Part shown: positions 1 to 13,439 of the stretch, in pieces
Layout: every line of letters begins with the position of its first letter
How positions within the stretch are numbered: position 1 is the stretch's first letter
From: Octopus vulgaris
Taxonomy: Eukaryota
DNA length: 64,000 nt
Reading direction: 5' to 3'
Assembly: GCA_951406725.2 (NCBI GenBank)
Contig: OX597816.1
Coordinates: 51,460,001-51,524,000, forward strand
Translations under genes and position numbers: made by a program
The notes under the pieces: model-generated
Database searches by the model: none
What the model saw: the letters and a program-made list of their open reading frames with translations, nothing else
Told to the model about the DNA's origin: nothing

Positions 1-241
1 CACCATTATTTAATGACCAATGAAAGGGCTTACCTCCTCATTTTGGACTTTTAATTTGTTCAGAGCAAAGCATTTTTCTATTTTAAAAATTGTTTGAATA
101 TCTCCTTGTATAAAATGAACAATTCTATATTTATGACTATATATTAAGTTGTGAACCCGTATTTCGCTGCCTTGCTTTGGCTAATAAAAATATTACCCTA
201 ATTTTTCTTACACAGAGATCTAGGCTCCAAGAGCAATAGCA

Positions 242-960
242 ATGTCTTCAAGAAAGTACTTAAGCGGATACCAGAAACGCCAACCCAAGGAAAAGCAATG
301 TAACGAAATTTCTAAATGTCAAATATTATCAAACTATTTTAAAATGTCAAGTAAACGTTTGTCATCAACTGAATCTGAAACAAACCATGCAAGCGCCCAG
401 TGAAATCAATGAAAGTACACGAAACTTAAGTGTTCTGTATTGCAATAATCAACCTACTGTTGACACATTTGATGCAGATGATAATCACGTTTGTCAAGAG
501 TTTCAAGAAAAGAAAGAGCAGAAAAAGAAAATAGGAAGCGAATTTAGTGATTTCAAAGAATATACTGACCTGGCAAACTGGCCCGTAACAATTGATAATG
601 ATTTCATACAAATCTGTTTAAAGCAAGACATCAGTTTGTTTTTTTTCAAAATAAAAAATACAAATAATGTATATACTGACTCCAACAAAATTTACAAACA
701 GTAAAATGGAAGGTTCTCAAACAAATACTTTGAAAAAAGATTGAAAAATCATCAGACTGTGAAGAGATCCTAGTTAGTTTACTCAAAGAGCCAACTCTTT
801 TCTGAATGCCAAGTAACACTTACAACGGGTGGATGAATATACTCAGGACTCTAGGAAATCATGAAGACACCATGGAACATTACGGGGCTATGTCCAGCTA
901 GCTAATACGAACATCAAATCAGCAATTTGAAGTACAGTTGAGAAAAGCATGCAGTACTAT
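242..960 (+). mobile_element. Degenerate hAT-type (ZMYM/TTF zinc-finger-like) transposase 5' remnant
   Basis: ATG at 242 reads MSSRKYLSGYQKR. Downstream pieces DLANWP and RFSNKYFEKRLKN...VKRS*LVYSK resemble the N-terminal region of TTF-type hAT transposases. Broken by stops and frameshifts. Confidence 0.5.
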
Positions 961-999
961 TTCGAAGTACTACACCGATGTCTATATGCCAATTTCACT

Positions 1000-1695
1000 G
1001 TTTTCAACGATCAGGTAAAGGACCTGGGTATCTTGGCGGATTCCTCCTTTTCGCCTTCGGCCCAGTGCGTCCATGCTGCCAACAAAGCACGCGGAATTCT
1101 GTTCTTGATTTGACGGTCATTCGGAATGTTCACAGCAGCCATATTCCTACCTCTGTATGTCGCGCTGGTGAGACCCATATTGGAATACGGGATCCAAGCC
1201 TCTTCTCCTTATCTCCTCAAAGACATACAGCATCTCGAAAGAGTCCAGAAGCTGGCTACCCGCATGGTTCATGGTCTCAAAAATTTGTCCTATGAAGAAA
1301 GGCTCAGGACGCTCGACCTTTATTCTCTAGAAAAACGCCGCCGCGGTGGTGATCTCATTCTCGCCCACAGCATCATAAGCGGAAAGTGTAGCCTCTTGAA
1401 AGAGCTGTTCTTCACTCCTGCTCCAGAGCGTCGGCTGCGGGGTCATTCCGAAAAGCTCTACCTGCGACGATTTCATCTCAATCGAAGGAGAGGAGTTTTC
1501 TCCGTCCGGGTTGCGGATCCGTGGAACAAGCTGCCAGACGAGATGGTGAAGATGCCGACGACCGCTTTGTTCAAAGCCTCCCTTGACTTCAAGTGGCCTG
1601 AACTCTTTACATGAACACCACCCTGTACTTAACTCCATGTCCCCCTACATGGCCTTGCTATTTGCTTTTGAGCCAAATTAACTACCTAACTAACT

Positions 1696-1697
<2 letters not shown>
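1000..1697 (+). mobile_element. 5'-truncated CR1-clade LINE (ORF2 C-terminus + 3' UTR)
   Basis: KDLGI...LYVALVRPILEYG...LERVQKLATRMV...LSYEERLRTLDLYSLEKRRRGGDLI...LRGHSEKL...FSVRVADPWNKLP are typical CR1 ORF2 C-terminal motifs. In-frame TGA near 1110. Ends in a (CTAA)n-like tail followed by (AT)n. Confidence 0.9.
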
Positions 1698-1751
<54 letters not shown>

Positions 1752-1856
1752 TGTTCATATACGTATATATACATACATAGTACACGGTCACATGCACAGA
1801 TATATATATATATATATATATATTATGTATTTTTATATATGTGTGTATGTATATAT

Positions 1857-1918
<62 letters not shown>

Positions 1919-2087
1919 TAGCCACTACACACATTTTTTCTCTCCTTGTTTTTTCTGTGTCCCTTTCTGTAGAAGAGCGTTAGCTCGAAACGTAAAAGAC
2001 TTTTTCTATTCCTCATCATTATACTAATACATCTGTTTGTTTTGTACACCACCTGTCCTCGTCTTTTGTTTATTTCGTAAACTCTCC

Positions 2088-2088
<1 letters not shown>
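1919..2088 (+). mobile_element. Short non-coding PLE-like element with a variant hammerhead motif (copy 1)
   Basis: Clearly homologous to 59090-59285. Contains CTTT-CTGTAGA-A-GAGC gtta GCTC-GAAA-CG-TA-AAAG at 1963-1998. Flanked by (AT)n on both sides. Confidence 0.6.
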
Positions 2089-2174
<86 letters not shown>

Positions 2175-3063
2175 TGTATATATACACTAACATACATTTT
2201 TCTAAACAACTCTCTTTATACAGTATTATTATGCAGCAAATAGAGCTTAATACTTCAATAAAGAGCTGAAATAGTACAATAGAATAACCATGTTGAGATA
2301 ATGATACAAGCTACAGTAGGTAGTAAAAATATTAATATTTCTATAATTATTAATTTTCTTCACACACTCCATTGTCATTCAGTTCAATCAGTACTGAATT
2401 AAAAAAATGAGCCGGTGTATTGTCAGTGTATGATTGATATCTTAATGGCAATCTTAATCTAACAGTAATTGATTGTCAAACTAATGCATTGCGCAGCCAT
2501 ATGTGGGAAAATATTATTTAAAAATTTTATTTCGATATAAAATCTTCGCACGAAGCGCGCATGCGCATAAATGTTTTAGATGCATTATTATTGCTTTACG
2601 TTAAGATGTTGGCAGAATCATTTGTGAGAGTAAATGACCTTTTATTTTGAAATTTGATGTCAACTTCGCCTTTTATCTTCCAGTACATACACTATCCGTC
2701 TAATTTTGTTGTTGTTTACTCCATATAACGTCTTTTGTAAATATATCTTGCCTTGTACCTATTTTAGAAATTAACAATAATTGAAAGGATTATCGTGTTA
2801 TTCGTCTCATCATTTCAGTTGCTTTGTAAAACAGTTTACAATGTTTGTCTACGAGTATCATTATTTCCCATGTATTTATTGATATGGTTGTAGTACGCGA
2901 ATGATGATGTGGCGTTGGTATGGGCACATTATATGAGAAGGGGATGAACGCTGAACACAGATGTGCCCAGGAGTCCGAGTTAATGAAAGCCGTGGAAGAC
3001 AAACAGTAAGGAACACTTACGATGAAGCGTTGAAAACTGAGCTTAAGACATGCATGCAACGAG

Positions 3064-3240
3064 GATTAGTTTACTCAAAGAGCAAACTGTTTTCTAAATG
3101 TCAAATATCGCTTACAACAGGTCGATGAATATACTCAGGACTCTAGAAAGTCATGAAGACATCATGAAAGCTATCAGGGCGATGTTGAGCTGCCTAACAC
3201 CAACCTCAAATCAGCAATTTGAAGAACAGCACTACAACCA
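3064..3240 (+). repeat. Diverged second copy of hAT-remnant segment 773-945
   Basis: ttagtttactcaaagagc...gatgaatatactcaggactctag...catgaagaca...tcaaatcagcaatttgaag occurs at both loci. Confidence 0.75.
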
Positions 3241-4762
3241 TATCAATGAGGATTACAAGGGAATATGCAAACTGGTGATGTGCATCTACAACAATACATG
3301 CTCTGACACAAGGACATGTATTAAACGATCTCTATTCTTTGTAATTCTACCACTATAATATTCTCTTTCCTTCACCTGTTTTTGTTTATTTCTTCACCGG
3401 GCCTGTGAAGGGAAGTTGCATTCGACAATCTTTCCTTTCACAATGCTTATATTATAATGAGTACATCGGTCCACTCTTATCACTTTATTTGGTCTATGTG
3501 AAAGTGTTTGATCTGAACAACCTTCACGCTTATGCATATTTTTTTCTCTCCTATGCATATCCTTAAACTTCTCTGCCTTTCTCCGCTGCCTGCCAGCACA
3601 TTCTTCCCACTCTATCAGTCCACTGCACCTACTTCATCATCCATCACCTAGTATTTGACTTTTTTTATCAAGCGTCCAAACCTTTGTCCACCTTAAGCTG
3701 TTACCAGACGCTCCCATTCTGACTCCACTGTAAATAACCTAGTCGCTGTCATCATACAGCTTTTGTCCCTTTATTCCACCCAGCCATGTTGGTCCTTCTC
3801 ATGTCAATTATCAATCTACAAATTCTCCACCATGGTAAGATGAGCAAATGAACAGGCCCCTTATTATTGAGTAATGACTGCACCACTTTGTTTTCATCAC
3901 GTCCTGCAGATCTTGCTACTGGAATTGCACTCCGCCCCGCTATTTTCCTTTTCTCTTCTATATAGCTCTGGGAAATCTCTAGTTTTCCTATGTACAAAGT
4001 TTTTCGTTGTCGCCGTTCTAATGGGGCTAAAATTGAAACCGAGCAATGACTATACTTCTGGTACAAGAGAATGCATCCAGTAGATACTGTAATGAGATTG
4101 GCACATGTGGTGAGAAATCATAGCGTTCTGAGGTCCATTTATTTATAAACTAGTGTTAAGTGTTAAGGAAAATCACACCAAGCACGTAGTGTAAAAAAAG
4201 GGTTGGTGATAAGAATGACATGCAATTATCAGTCTACGATAGAAGTATCACGCAATTAAATTATAACTCGGGCCTTTGCAACAAGTCTTATCCATGCAAT
4301 CAAGGAAAACGGATGCAAAAATTTGTAGTGGTGGTGATAATGAGGACTATGATGATCGTAATTATAACGATTATGAGCATTATGAGGACGGAGAAGATGA
4401 TCATAATGATCATGTTGATGATGAGGAGGACAAAAATGATGATTAATGAATTTTCAAAACTACTAAATCTAATGATTTTCTTTCATATAGATTTTTGCAG
4501 AGCTCTTGCGTATCTTCCTTTCTTCATCATTTTATGTGCATGTCAATGATCGTTAGCATTCCTAAAGACACACACACACACACTCACACACACACACACT
4601 CACACACACACACAAACACACACACACGTGTGTATAGAATCATGCCAAAGAATTATAATTCTTTTAGGAATATGTATATTCTAGTTTTCCAGTTTATACC
4701 AGTATTCCCTCTAAACTAAATGCGTTAGTTTTGCATTCATGGATATGGGTATTTAAATATTT

Positions 4763-5164
4763 ATGAATTAGAAAAAGAAGAAAATGGAGAAATTGACATA
4801 TAGACATCGGTTTATTCAAAGATATTCAAATCATTATATGGAATTTTTATCCCTACAGCCGTTTCCATATCATCTTTATTCAATTAGAGAAATTGAATTA
4901 AATTTCCCGTAAAGTAGTTACCTTCCAACGTGTTGGTCGAGCCCTTGAAAAACCCAGATGCCGCCCCAGATGAAATACCCAATTATCCAGTTTCAGTATG
5001 AAAATTTAAAATTATTCTAATTTAATTTAATTTCTCTAATTGAAAAAAACTGGATATGGAAACGGCTGTAGGGATAAGAATTTAATATTATACTGATTTG
5101 AATATCTTTAAATAAACTTATGTCAATATGTCAATTTCTCCAGTTTCTTCTTTTTCTCATTCAT
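4763..5164 (+). mobile_element. Fold-back PLE-like cassette: ~140 bp inverted arms with a degenerate hammerhead
   Basis: Arm 4763-4904 is the reverse complement of 5019-5164. CCC-CAGATGA (4964-4973)...ATCCAGTTT/AAACTGGAT stem...GAAAC-GGCT-G-TA-GGG (5059-5073). AATAAA at 5111, then (AT)n. Confidence 0.7.
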
Positions 5165-6009
5165 ATATATATATATATATACATACACACACATGTTTGT
5201 GCATCTTTAAATATATTTTTAAATACATACATTCATATAATGTGTATTTGGGTGTGTATGTGTATGTGCGTGTGTGTGTATGTGTTTGTGTGTTTGTGTG
5301 TATGTGTGTGTTTATGAGTGTGTCTAGTTACATCCTGAACGTATCTTACAAATCATAATTAATTTACCACAACTTTCTTTCGTACGTTGTACAAGCAAAA
5401 TCTCTTAGCATCTGTCTAAATTTAATATACTTCAATTGAAATTTATTATGTCAGTATTATGATCATTTCAATACCATTACAGCTTCAAAGTTATTTAAAA
5501 TAACATAACATTGTAGTCCATAGATGAAGTTTTGTATCTTATTATCATTTTATTATCCTCTGGTAGTTTTATTAAATTTTCTGAAGCTATTTTTAAAGTA
5601 TAACTTTATTAATGTTAGATCAAACTACTTGAAACAGTTCGTTTGGACTGCTATAGTTTACCTAAATACTCAATAGACAGAATCATGCTATTATCTCTAT
5701 GCAATCTTACCTGAATCAATTTTACTTAAATTCTATTATTCTGCTCTCTACATATGACTTCGTACTATTTGCTCTTAATCTTATTATATTCGTAAAATCG
5801 TTTATAGTAACGTCTAGCACTGTTTAGTTTTATAACATTGTTCTCAACACGACATAATGCGAGACGTTAAATGGCAGAAATCCGGAGGGCTATATAATTT
5901 CGTTCTATTACTTTGCGTTGGAAATCCCACAGTGTGCAGTTTTACGTATCCTCAAACAAATACAAATATACCAATCGTTATCATCATTCTACTTTTTATT
6001 CCCTTAATG

Positions 6010-6330
6010 TTTCTACTTCTTCTTATTCTTCTTCTTCTTCTTCTTCTTCTTCTTCTTCCCCCTCCTCTTTCTCTTCCTCTTTCTCTTCTGCCTCTTCTTC
6101 TTCTACTTCTTCTTCTTCTGCCTCTTCTTCTTCTTCTTCTTCTTCTTCCTCCTCCTCCTCTCTTTCTCTTCTTCTTCTTCTTCTGCCTCTTCTTCTTCTT
6201 CCTCCTCCTCCTCCTCTTTCTCTTCCTCTTCTTCTTATTCTGCCTCTTCTTCTTCCTCCTCCTCCTCTTTCTCTTTCTCTTCTTCTTCTTCTTCTTCTTC
6301 TTCTGCCTCTTCTTCTTCTTTTTTTCTTCG
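6010..6330. repeat. Polypyrimidine (CTT)n/(CCT)n compound microsatellite with ~60 bp higher-order units
   Basis: Near-pure C/T strand. ttctgcctcttcttc recurs at about 6117, 6181, 6238 and 6301. Confidence 0.9.
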
Positions 6331-7149
6331 TTCGCTTTTCTTCTATTTTGTATTATTATCATTATCATCGCCATCCACTTCATCCTCCTCCTCCTCCTCT
6401 ATCTCATCATACTTGAATACTACTCGGAGAAGATACGGAGTGTTCCTACTAAGGTAGGAACTTTCATCCTGATTTTGATCAAAACCTACAGAGTATGTGT
6501 ATTGGACCAAAAAACGTATTGTATATTGAGGGCTACAAAGAGAAAATGACACCAAGTAGAAAGTCAAAAATGTTAATTAAAACATTGATAGAAGTTTGAG
6601 CATCATCAAGAGCACGAACAACAATCTTCTGCCGTAGACATGGGTTAGCATTAAGCAATAGGTATAGCCAACTAAATGAAAACGAAGAAGTGTTGACGAG
6701 GTACGTCGTAAGAAAGAGGATCAGTTTCAGAACATTTTAATTCGCTTTTCCCTTTCAGAGCAAAAGGCATTCAACTTACTTTTACTGTCTGACATTTCAC
6801 CACATGTTTAATTGATGGCATTTTGTCTCCCGCTTGATTTTCTTATGCTGTCGTTAGAGACAGCATAATGACAGCATAGCACCTTAATGACCAGGCAGAT
6901 ATCAACTAATAGCATGTTTTGCGGATTCTGTTCTTGCTCAGCGCTTGTCCATAAAAGTGATTAGCAGATGAGCCAAGAATCAAAAACAACTCGTATCCCG
7001 ATGTGGGAGTACCTTCTATTTCTCGTACCAATATAATGTTGAACTAACTTGTGATCAGGTGTAAAATTCACTTTGCCACACATCGGTCTGGGCTCCAAGT
7101 AATTCCTCTTATACGACACAGAGGAAAACTCTTCTCGTTATCTGCAGTC

Positions 7150-8620
7150 TCGTTTGTTAATAAAAAAGATTGCCTAGAATGGGATTTAGCAAACTCCATG
7201 TGATCAGTTCTGACTTGCACTTAGGATGGTTTGAACGCCTTCTCAGTCTGATAAAATGCTTGAAACTGCTTCATAAATTTCGACTGGAAAGCTTAGATGC
7301 AGAAACGTTATATTGCGGAACTTCTAGAGATATCTTCGGAAAGTTTTTGCATACAAAATCTTTCATTACGTTGGCGAGAGATTTATCCGCATTTCTCTGT
7401 CGAAGGTCACACAGAGAGCAATTTTGTAATCCGTACGAGCATTCTAGATAGAATTTGTACATACTCAAAAACATGATTACTAGATGACCACCTTCTGTGT
7501 GGCATTGAATCTTACTGAGACCGTGTTAGTAAACTGCTAATGTAGAAATGAGAAAATGAGACAGTGTTTGTGTAATGCATGGAGAAACATTAAAGGAGAA
7601 TGAGTATGACATACATAAAATTGTGGAAAAACGTTTAAGTGGAGTGGTAGTTAGTACCTGCTGTGAAGAGAATGTTAGCAATCGTGTGATAGGTAATAGA
7701 AGCGCTAAAATTGTCCGATGGTCGCATATGAATGGATTTAATAATGGTAGAAATGTATAGTTAATCCTTTCGCTGCGACCACCACAAAAAGATTTAAACC
7801 ATAACCACTAGACAAAAGAAACGTGCTTCCGTTTCGTTTCCAAACAAACAGGATAATCTGATACTTCCAAGAGGATCGACTAATATCAGGGCCTTTTCTT
7901 AAGGAGACAACAATCTTTCCATATGGTACCACATGTCAGTAATATTTGATGACTGAATATGTTTGTCGGAGTATATCATGGATTCACTTGACCGTCGGTA
8001 TTCACCCTTCTTGAATGCATAGACTTGACGCCAACTGTTCAGCAATTCATCACGGTTACAAGTAAAACCGACCTCCGTAAAGATGTATTACAAGAAGTGA
8101 GATATATCCAAGTTAAACCGTTTGGTAATTTCATGTTTTACATGTATTACTCTTTTACATGTCTCACTCCTTTACAACTTTTAGTAATTTTGGTAAAATA
8201 TACAAAACGATTCTGTATAGAGGTTTTGGCTTGAAATGTCCTTCGAAACTCACGTTTTTCTGTCGTTTATCACAGACTCTGAAAAGAAACTGAGTGTTCT
8301 TTTCTTCTATTAATGAGTTGGACATCTGCAAGAAAGAATCGTACAAGTCTGAGAAGCAACAATATATTTTTAGGTATGAAACATCCAATTACGTCATTTT
8401 CCACTCGCGCAGCAACACACAGCCGTCGCTATTTCTGAAATACTGAAATACCGTAACAATCTACCGCTTGAACCTCAATTCCTAGCAGTTATTCAGCGTA
8501 GAGATTGAATATTTTAATCACTCGCCTAAAGTCATTTGGCCGAAAGTTTGACAAATACTACTGGAATCATGCACGCATCTGCCAGAATTAGGGTATCAGC
8601 CTTTTGCAGTTAGTCATTTA
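7150..8620 (-). mobile_element. Highly decayed CR1/Zenon-like LINE ORF2
   Basis: Minus-strand remnants: IHSYAT (decayed HSYADD), LCDLRQRNADKSL (cf. LQPLSHRRNVASL) and a decayed C-terminal SRxLWxS-like motif, in the expected order. Confidence 0.45.
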
Positions 8621-9892
8621 ATTATTTTTACCATACTCCTCCCGAAATATCATTCTCATTTCATTTAAACTTTTAGACTTCTCAAGAATTAAGAATATAT
8701 TTTGTTGGTAGAATAACTGACGTTCCCATTATTTGGTGTGCATTATTGAAATAACCGCAATCTTACCAAAGAAGAATCATTAATACCAATGATTTCCCTT
8801 CGCTCTAAATTTGAATTTCAAAATATAAAACTTATCTTGTTTTACAGCACAGGAGGTCATTACTCTAAATATGCTAAATCTCCCCTCACCGAAATATAAA
8901 TTAGTTTTGCATTGATGGGTAGTTATAAATTTATTCATATATGTATGTGTGTATATATAAAGAGCTTACAAAATATATTTATGATACATTCTTTAGATTG
9001 GAGCAGGTTATTACATATGAAACCAAAACTTCTGTGTTAAATGATCGTTTGAGCGTGTGAAACGATGTTCATTGCTCAATATATTCTAGAGATGGATAAT
9101 TTCATGAGACATTCGGACTTATGTTAAAGGTATTAGAGAAAGAAAAGATGCAGTTATCTTACAATGGAATCAAATTTCAACACCACACTCTGTTCAACGG
9201 CTTGGCGCATGGGCATTCTTATTCTTAAAACAATAACTCAAGAGGCACACAAAGTCAGTAGATCAAAGATTGCCACTAAAGATATAACAAAGGTCCATAA
9301 CGTTATAGCCAGGAGATGCTATAATAGCCATAATCATGTTAAGCTCTTTGACCACAAAGTATACGCGAATTTGATAACGAGCGATATCAACATAATGTAG
9401 CTACACATGATAAGCACCAGTGATCTTGTTGTTCCCTTTTTTTACTTTCTTCCATGAAATTCTTGAGCAGCAAATATTCCGAAGGAGCATTATCAAAAGA
9501 AGGCAAGACATTAAAATTTGTTTTAAGTTTCTCTCTAATCACATTTTAAAACACAAATGTTAGAGATTACGATATTGTTTTTTCCACGTCACGAATGACA
9601 GAATAGATGTAATGTTATTTTTACTAAATTAAATGTAAAGGCATCAACCAGTACAGCAAACAACTTTTATAACATGCAACATCTTGACAAGTTCATCGCT
9701 TCAATGAATTCTGTCTGACACTCTACATTACCAAACTGCTTCGCAGCTAATCATATGAAAGTTTATTAAACTTTATTTAGAAAGCAATTTCATAACATTA
9801 ATTTTCATATTAATCATCATTTTTTACCTGGTGTCAGTATTAGAAATAATAATGGATTATTATCATGAAGTATAATGTAAATTGTTTCCACT

Positions 9893-10221
9893 TGGTGGCG
9901 CATAACTTGCTATAGGGATTTCGGTTCATGATCGTGAGGTGGGGATTTAATTCCTGCACCGAATGGTCCCTTAAATACTTGGGGAAGGTATTTCATTCAC
10001 ACTGCTGCAGGCTACTGAGATGTTTACGAGCGACAATCGAGTATACATGCAATCGATTCTTCCCTTAGATGCTATGTCTTAGATGTTCCATTGCATCATG
10101 ATGTGAAAGTGTTGTTAACTTGGGCAACTGTCTTTTATTATAGCCTCGGGCAAACCACAGCCTTGTGAGTGGATTTAGTAGACGGAAACTGAAAGAAGCC
10201 CATCTTATATATATATACATA

Positions 10222-10255
<34 letters not shown>

Positions 10256-10320
10256 CGTGTGTGTGAATGTCTGTGTGTGTTTTCGTCCCCGTAACCTAGC
10301 GGTTCAGCTAAGGAGATCAA
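9893..10320 (+). mobile_element. Decayed tRNA-SINE plus a fragment of SINE family A
   Basis: tatagcctcgggc...ccttgtgagtggattt.gtagacggaaactgaaagaagccc matches 13004-13065, with an internal (GT)n. Confidence 0.65.
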
Positions 10321-11165
10321 CCTGCGTAGGCTACAGGAGATTCTAGTGAAAAGAAGAGTACGATTTGCAGTTAATGATTTCTGGCTGCTAGAAAAATAAA
10401 TACCTTAGGCGGCTGTTCAATTTGTACCAACTGAGTCAGGAAGAAAGAGAGGTAGATTCAGCAAGACATGGTACCCGTGCTTCAAATAACCCAACTTCAC
10501 CTGAGAAGATGCATGTCACTATTATCAAAACTAGTGTAAATGAAGATGCCTTGCAACGCGATAGGGGAAAGGAACAAAGACTACCATGAATATATATACT
10601 AGGCGAACCAGTAGAATATCTTTTTTTTCCCTTTAAGTTACATGAGTTGATAAGATGCAAAAGACCATATTTCTTGATTATACGACTAGCCATGATTTCG
10701 GGGAAAACATAGGGGATTACGAACAAAATGAAGCTCGTGCAAAGACTACCCAGCATTTTTGTAACTGACATGAACTGGTTTAAAGTTTTCCACGTACCAA
10801 AATAAAAGAAACTCACATGATGTATAAGGTAGGGACGCAGCATCGAAATAGGGTGATAAATTTGCTTAACTTCACGATCGTAATAAGAATTTCTACTCGC
10901 ATGACGAAGTTTCTACAAGAAGACTAAATATAAGAACAAAAACACAGAAGGTAGCAACAGTAATACTCGAAACACCATATGTAATAGCAATGTACCGGAA
11001 CAAGCAAAATATGATTATGTATCATTCTGTGACATCGGTGTGGTTTCTTTCTTTTGGACATTCTTCGGGGATAATCGTTTAGCTGTCCCCGATTGGGTAT
11101 TAAGCAGCTGGAAGTAAATATCTCATAAGTAACAATAACGAGCAACGTCACACATATATGTTTAC

Positions 11166-11205
<40 letters not shown>

Positions 11206-11384
11206 GGAGGGGTGAGTATACACTGAGAGATACATAGAGAGATAGATATACCGGCGAAATCATCGCGAGATACATTTCTCTATACACCAGCGTATGGTGT
11301 GTGTATGAAGATATGCAAGTATTGAAACACTTATACAGACAAATTCATACACATATACTACACAAATTCGCACACACACACACG

Positions 11385-11456
<72 letters not shown>

Positions 11457-11653
11457 TTGAGTTTGTTTTTCTTCTGCGGTCCTTAATTGATGAGCTCTAG
11501 TCACAAACTCGTATTCTGCAATCCACCATAGAACAATATAATACACTCGTCCATGCAGAATGAAAAGCGTACCAACTGTACAAAAGAATATTTATATGAA
11601 GAAGCTTATTGAAAAAGCAGAATATGCTAATGTGTATGCGTGTGCATGTTTAT

Positions 11654-11685
<32 letters not shown>

Positions 11686-12294
11686 GTTTGTATGTATGTA
11701 TTATATATGTATATCATAACCGAATGAGTTAGTATCAGTAGAGTGTCTAAATATTTGCATGCATATATATTGGTAACTGTTTATTATAATCACGGATAAT
11801 TTATCAACCGGTTATTGTTATCTAAATTACTTCGTCTGAAATTGCTCATAACAAGTAGTTTTCATTACATATGTGCGTACGTGCACGAGTGTATGCGTGT
11901 ATGCATATGCATTGCATTATTATATATTCTTTTGATGTGTATACATTGATCATAGCAATGTTTAAGAACACAGCATACTATATTGTTTGATCTTTAGGCA
12001 GCTTTCAGTCAGTTCACAATAATTAAGTAACATAAAGTGAAAGCAGTTTTCTAGTCGTAAGTCATTTTGTTTGAAGTAAAATAGCTCTAGCTTTATACAT
12101 AAAGTCAGCAGCTTAAATGCTGCTTCCGTATTGGCTTTCATCGCTTCTAATTTTCTTCACAGAAATACTTGAAGGAAAATGTTATACTCGTAGATGTTTT
12201 TACATTCAAAGCCGCGGGTTCAAGTACTTGGTAAGATTACAGACATACAGCTTTATTTCATATGAAAGGAATTATATGAGGTTTGTCCCGAAAG

Positions 12295-12598
12295 TGTGCA
12301 GGCGCAATGGCCCAGTGGTTAGGGCAGCGGACTCGCGGTTTCGATTCCCAGACCGGGCGTTGAGTGTGTTTATTGAGCGAAAACATCTAAAGCCCCTCGA
12401 GGCTCGGCAGAGGGTGGTGGCGACCCCTGTTGTACTCTTTCGCCCCAACTTTCTCTCACTCTTTCTTCCTGTTTCTTGAGTAACGCTGCGATGGATTGGC
12501 GTCCCGTCAAGCTGGGAGGAACACATATGCCACAGAAACCGGGAAACCGGGCCCATGAGCCTGGCTAGGCTTGAAAAGGGCGCATAAATAAAATAAAA
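12295..12598 (+). mobile_element. tRNA-derived SINE (family B, tail type 1)
   Basis: A-box tggcccagtgg and B-box gtttcgattccc. Head shared with 42672 and 41789. A-rich tail and imperfect TSD ttgtc..gaaagt. Confidence 0.85.
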
Positions 12599-12910
12599 TT
12601 GTCAAGAAAGTAACGGAAAAGTGGTCGTCATTTCTTGTCATTAAAGGACGTGCAATGTCCTGTGTGAACGACGTCGACCTGTCACATTGCACATGTTACT
12701 GGAGTCAAACTTCTTATATAGTAATTTTTTCATCATGGTCCTCTTTGTAAGTAATAGGATCCAACCACAAGCCACTACAGTCAATGATTTCTTGATGAAG
12801 TGCAATCTGTTTGAAATATATAAAATGCTATAGGACGTTTACAGTTATATGATAGCAATGACAAGAATAATGCACACAGGTGCATGTAGTAGTTAAAAAG
12901 TTAAGAAGTC

Positions 12911-13340
12911 GCAGAAGTGGCTGTGTGGTAGGTAGCTTGCTTACCAACCACATGGTTCTCGGTTCGGTCCAAATGCGTGGCACCTTGGACAAGTGTCTTC
13001 TACTATAGCCTCGGGCCGGCCAAAGCCTTGTGAGTGGATTTGGTAGACGGAAACTGAAAGAAGACCGTCGTATATATGTATATATATATGTGTGTGTGTG
13101 TGTGTGTATGTGTGTGTGTGTTTGTGTGTGTATGTGTGTGCGTTTGCCCCCCCCCTAATATCGCTTGATAACCGATACTGGTGTGTTTACGTTCCCAGTA
13201 ACTTGGTGGTTCGGCAATAGAGACCGATAGAATAAGTACTAGGCTTACAAAGAATAAGTTCTGGGTTCGATCTGCTCGACTAAAGGCGGTGCTCCATCAT
13301 GGTCGCAGTCAAATGACTGGAACAAGTAAACAAGTAAAAG
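12911..13340 (+). mobile_element. tRNA-derived SINE (family A) with internal (AT)/(GT) microsatellite
   Basis: gtggctgtgtggta...ggttcggtcc head and ...gcagtcaaatgactg.aacaagtaaa tail. Homologous to 50180-50580 and to the reverse copies at 34300-34930 and 54270-54675. Confidence 0.85.
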
Positions 13341-13439
13341 TGTAAAACCGGATTGACGTCTAAGAACGCAATGCGAAACCATCACTAATTACAAGCTTGT
13401 GGTGGTATTGCTTCACTCAGACACGCCATAGTCTATGCG

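Noticed and set aside
5857-6549. Long Leu/Phe, Ser or Arg/Lys-rich ORFs
   Set aside because: Translations of the (CTT)n tract.
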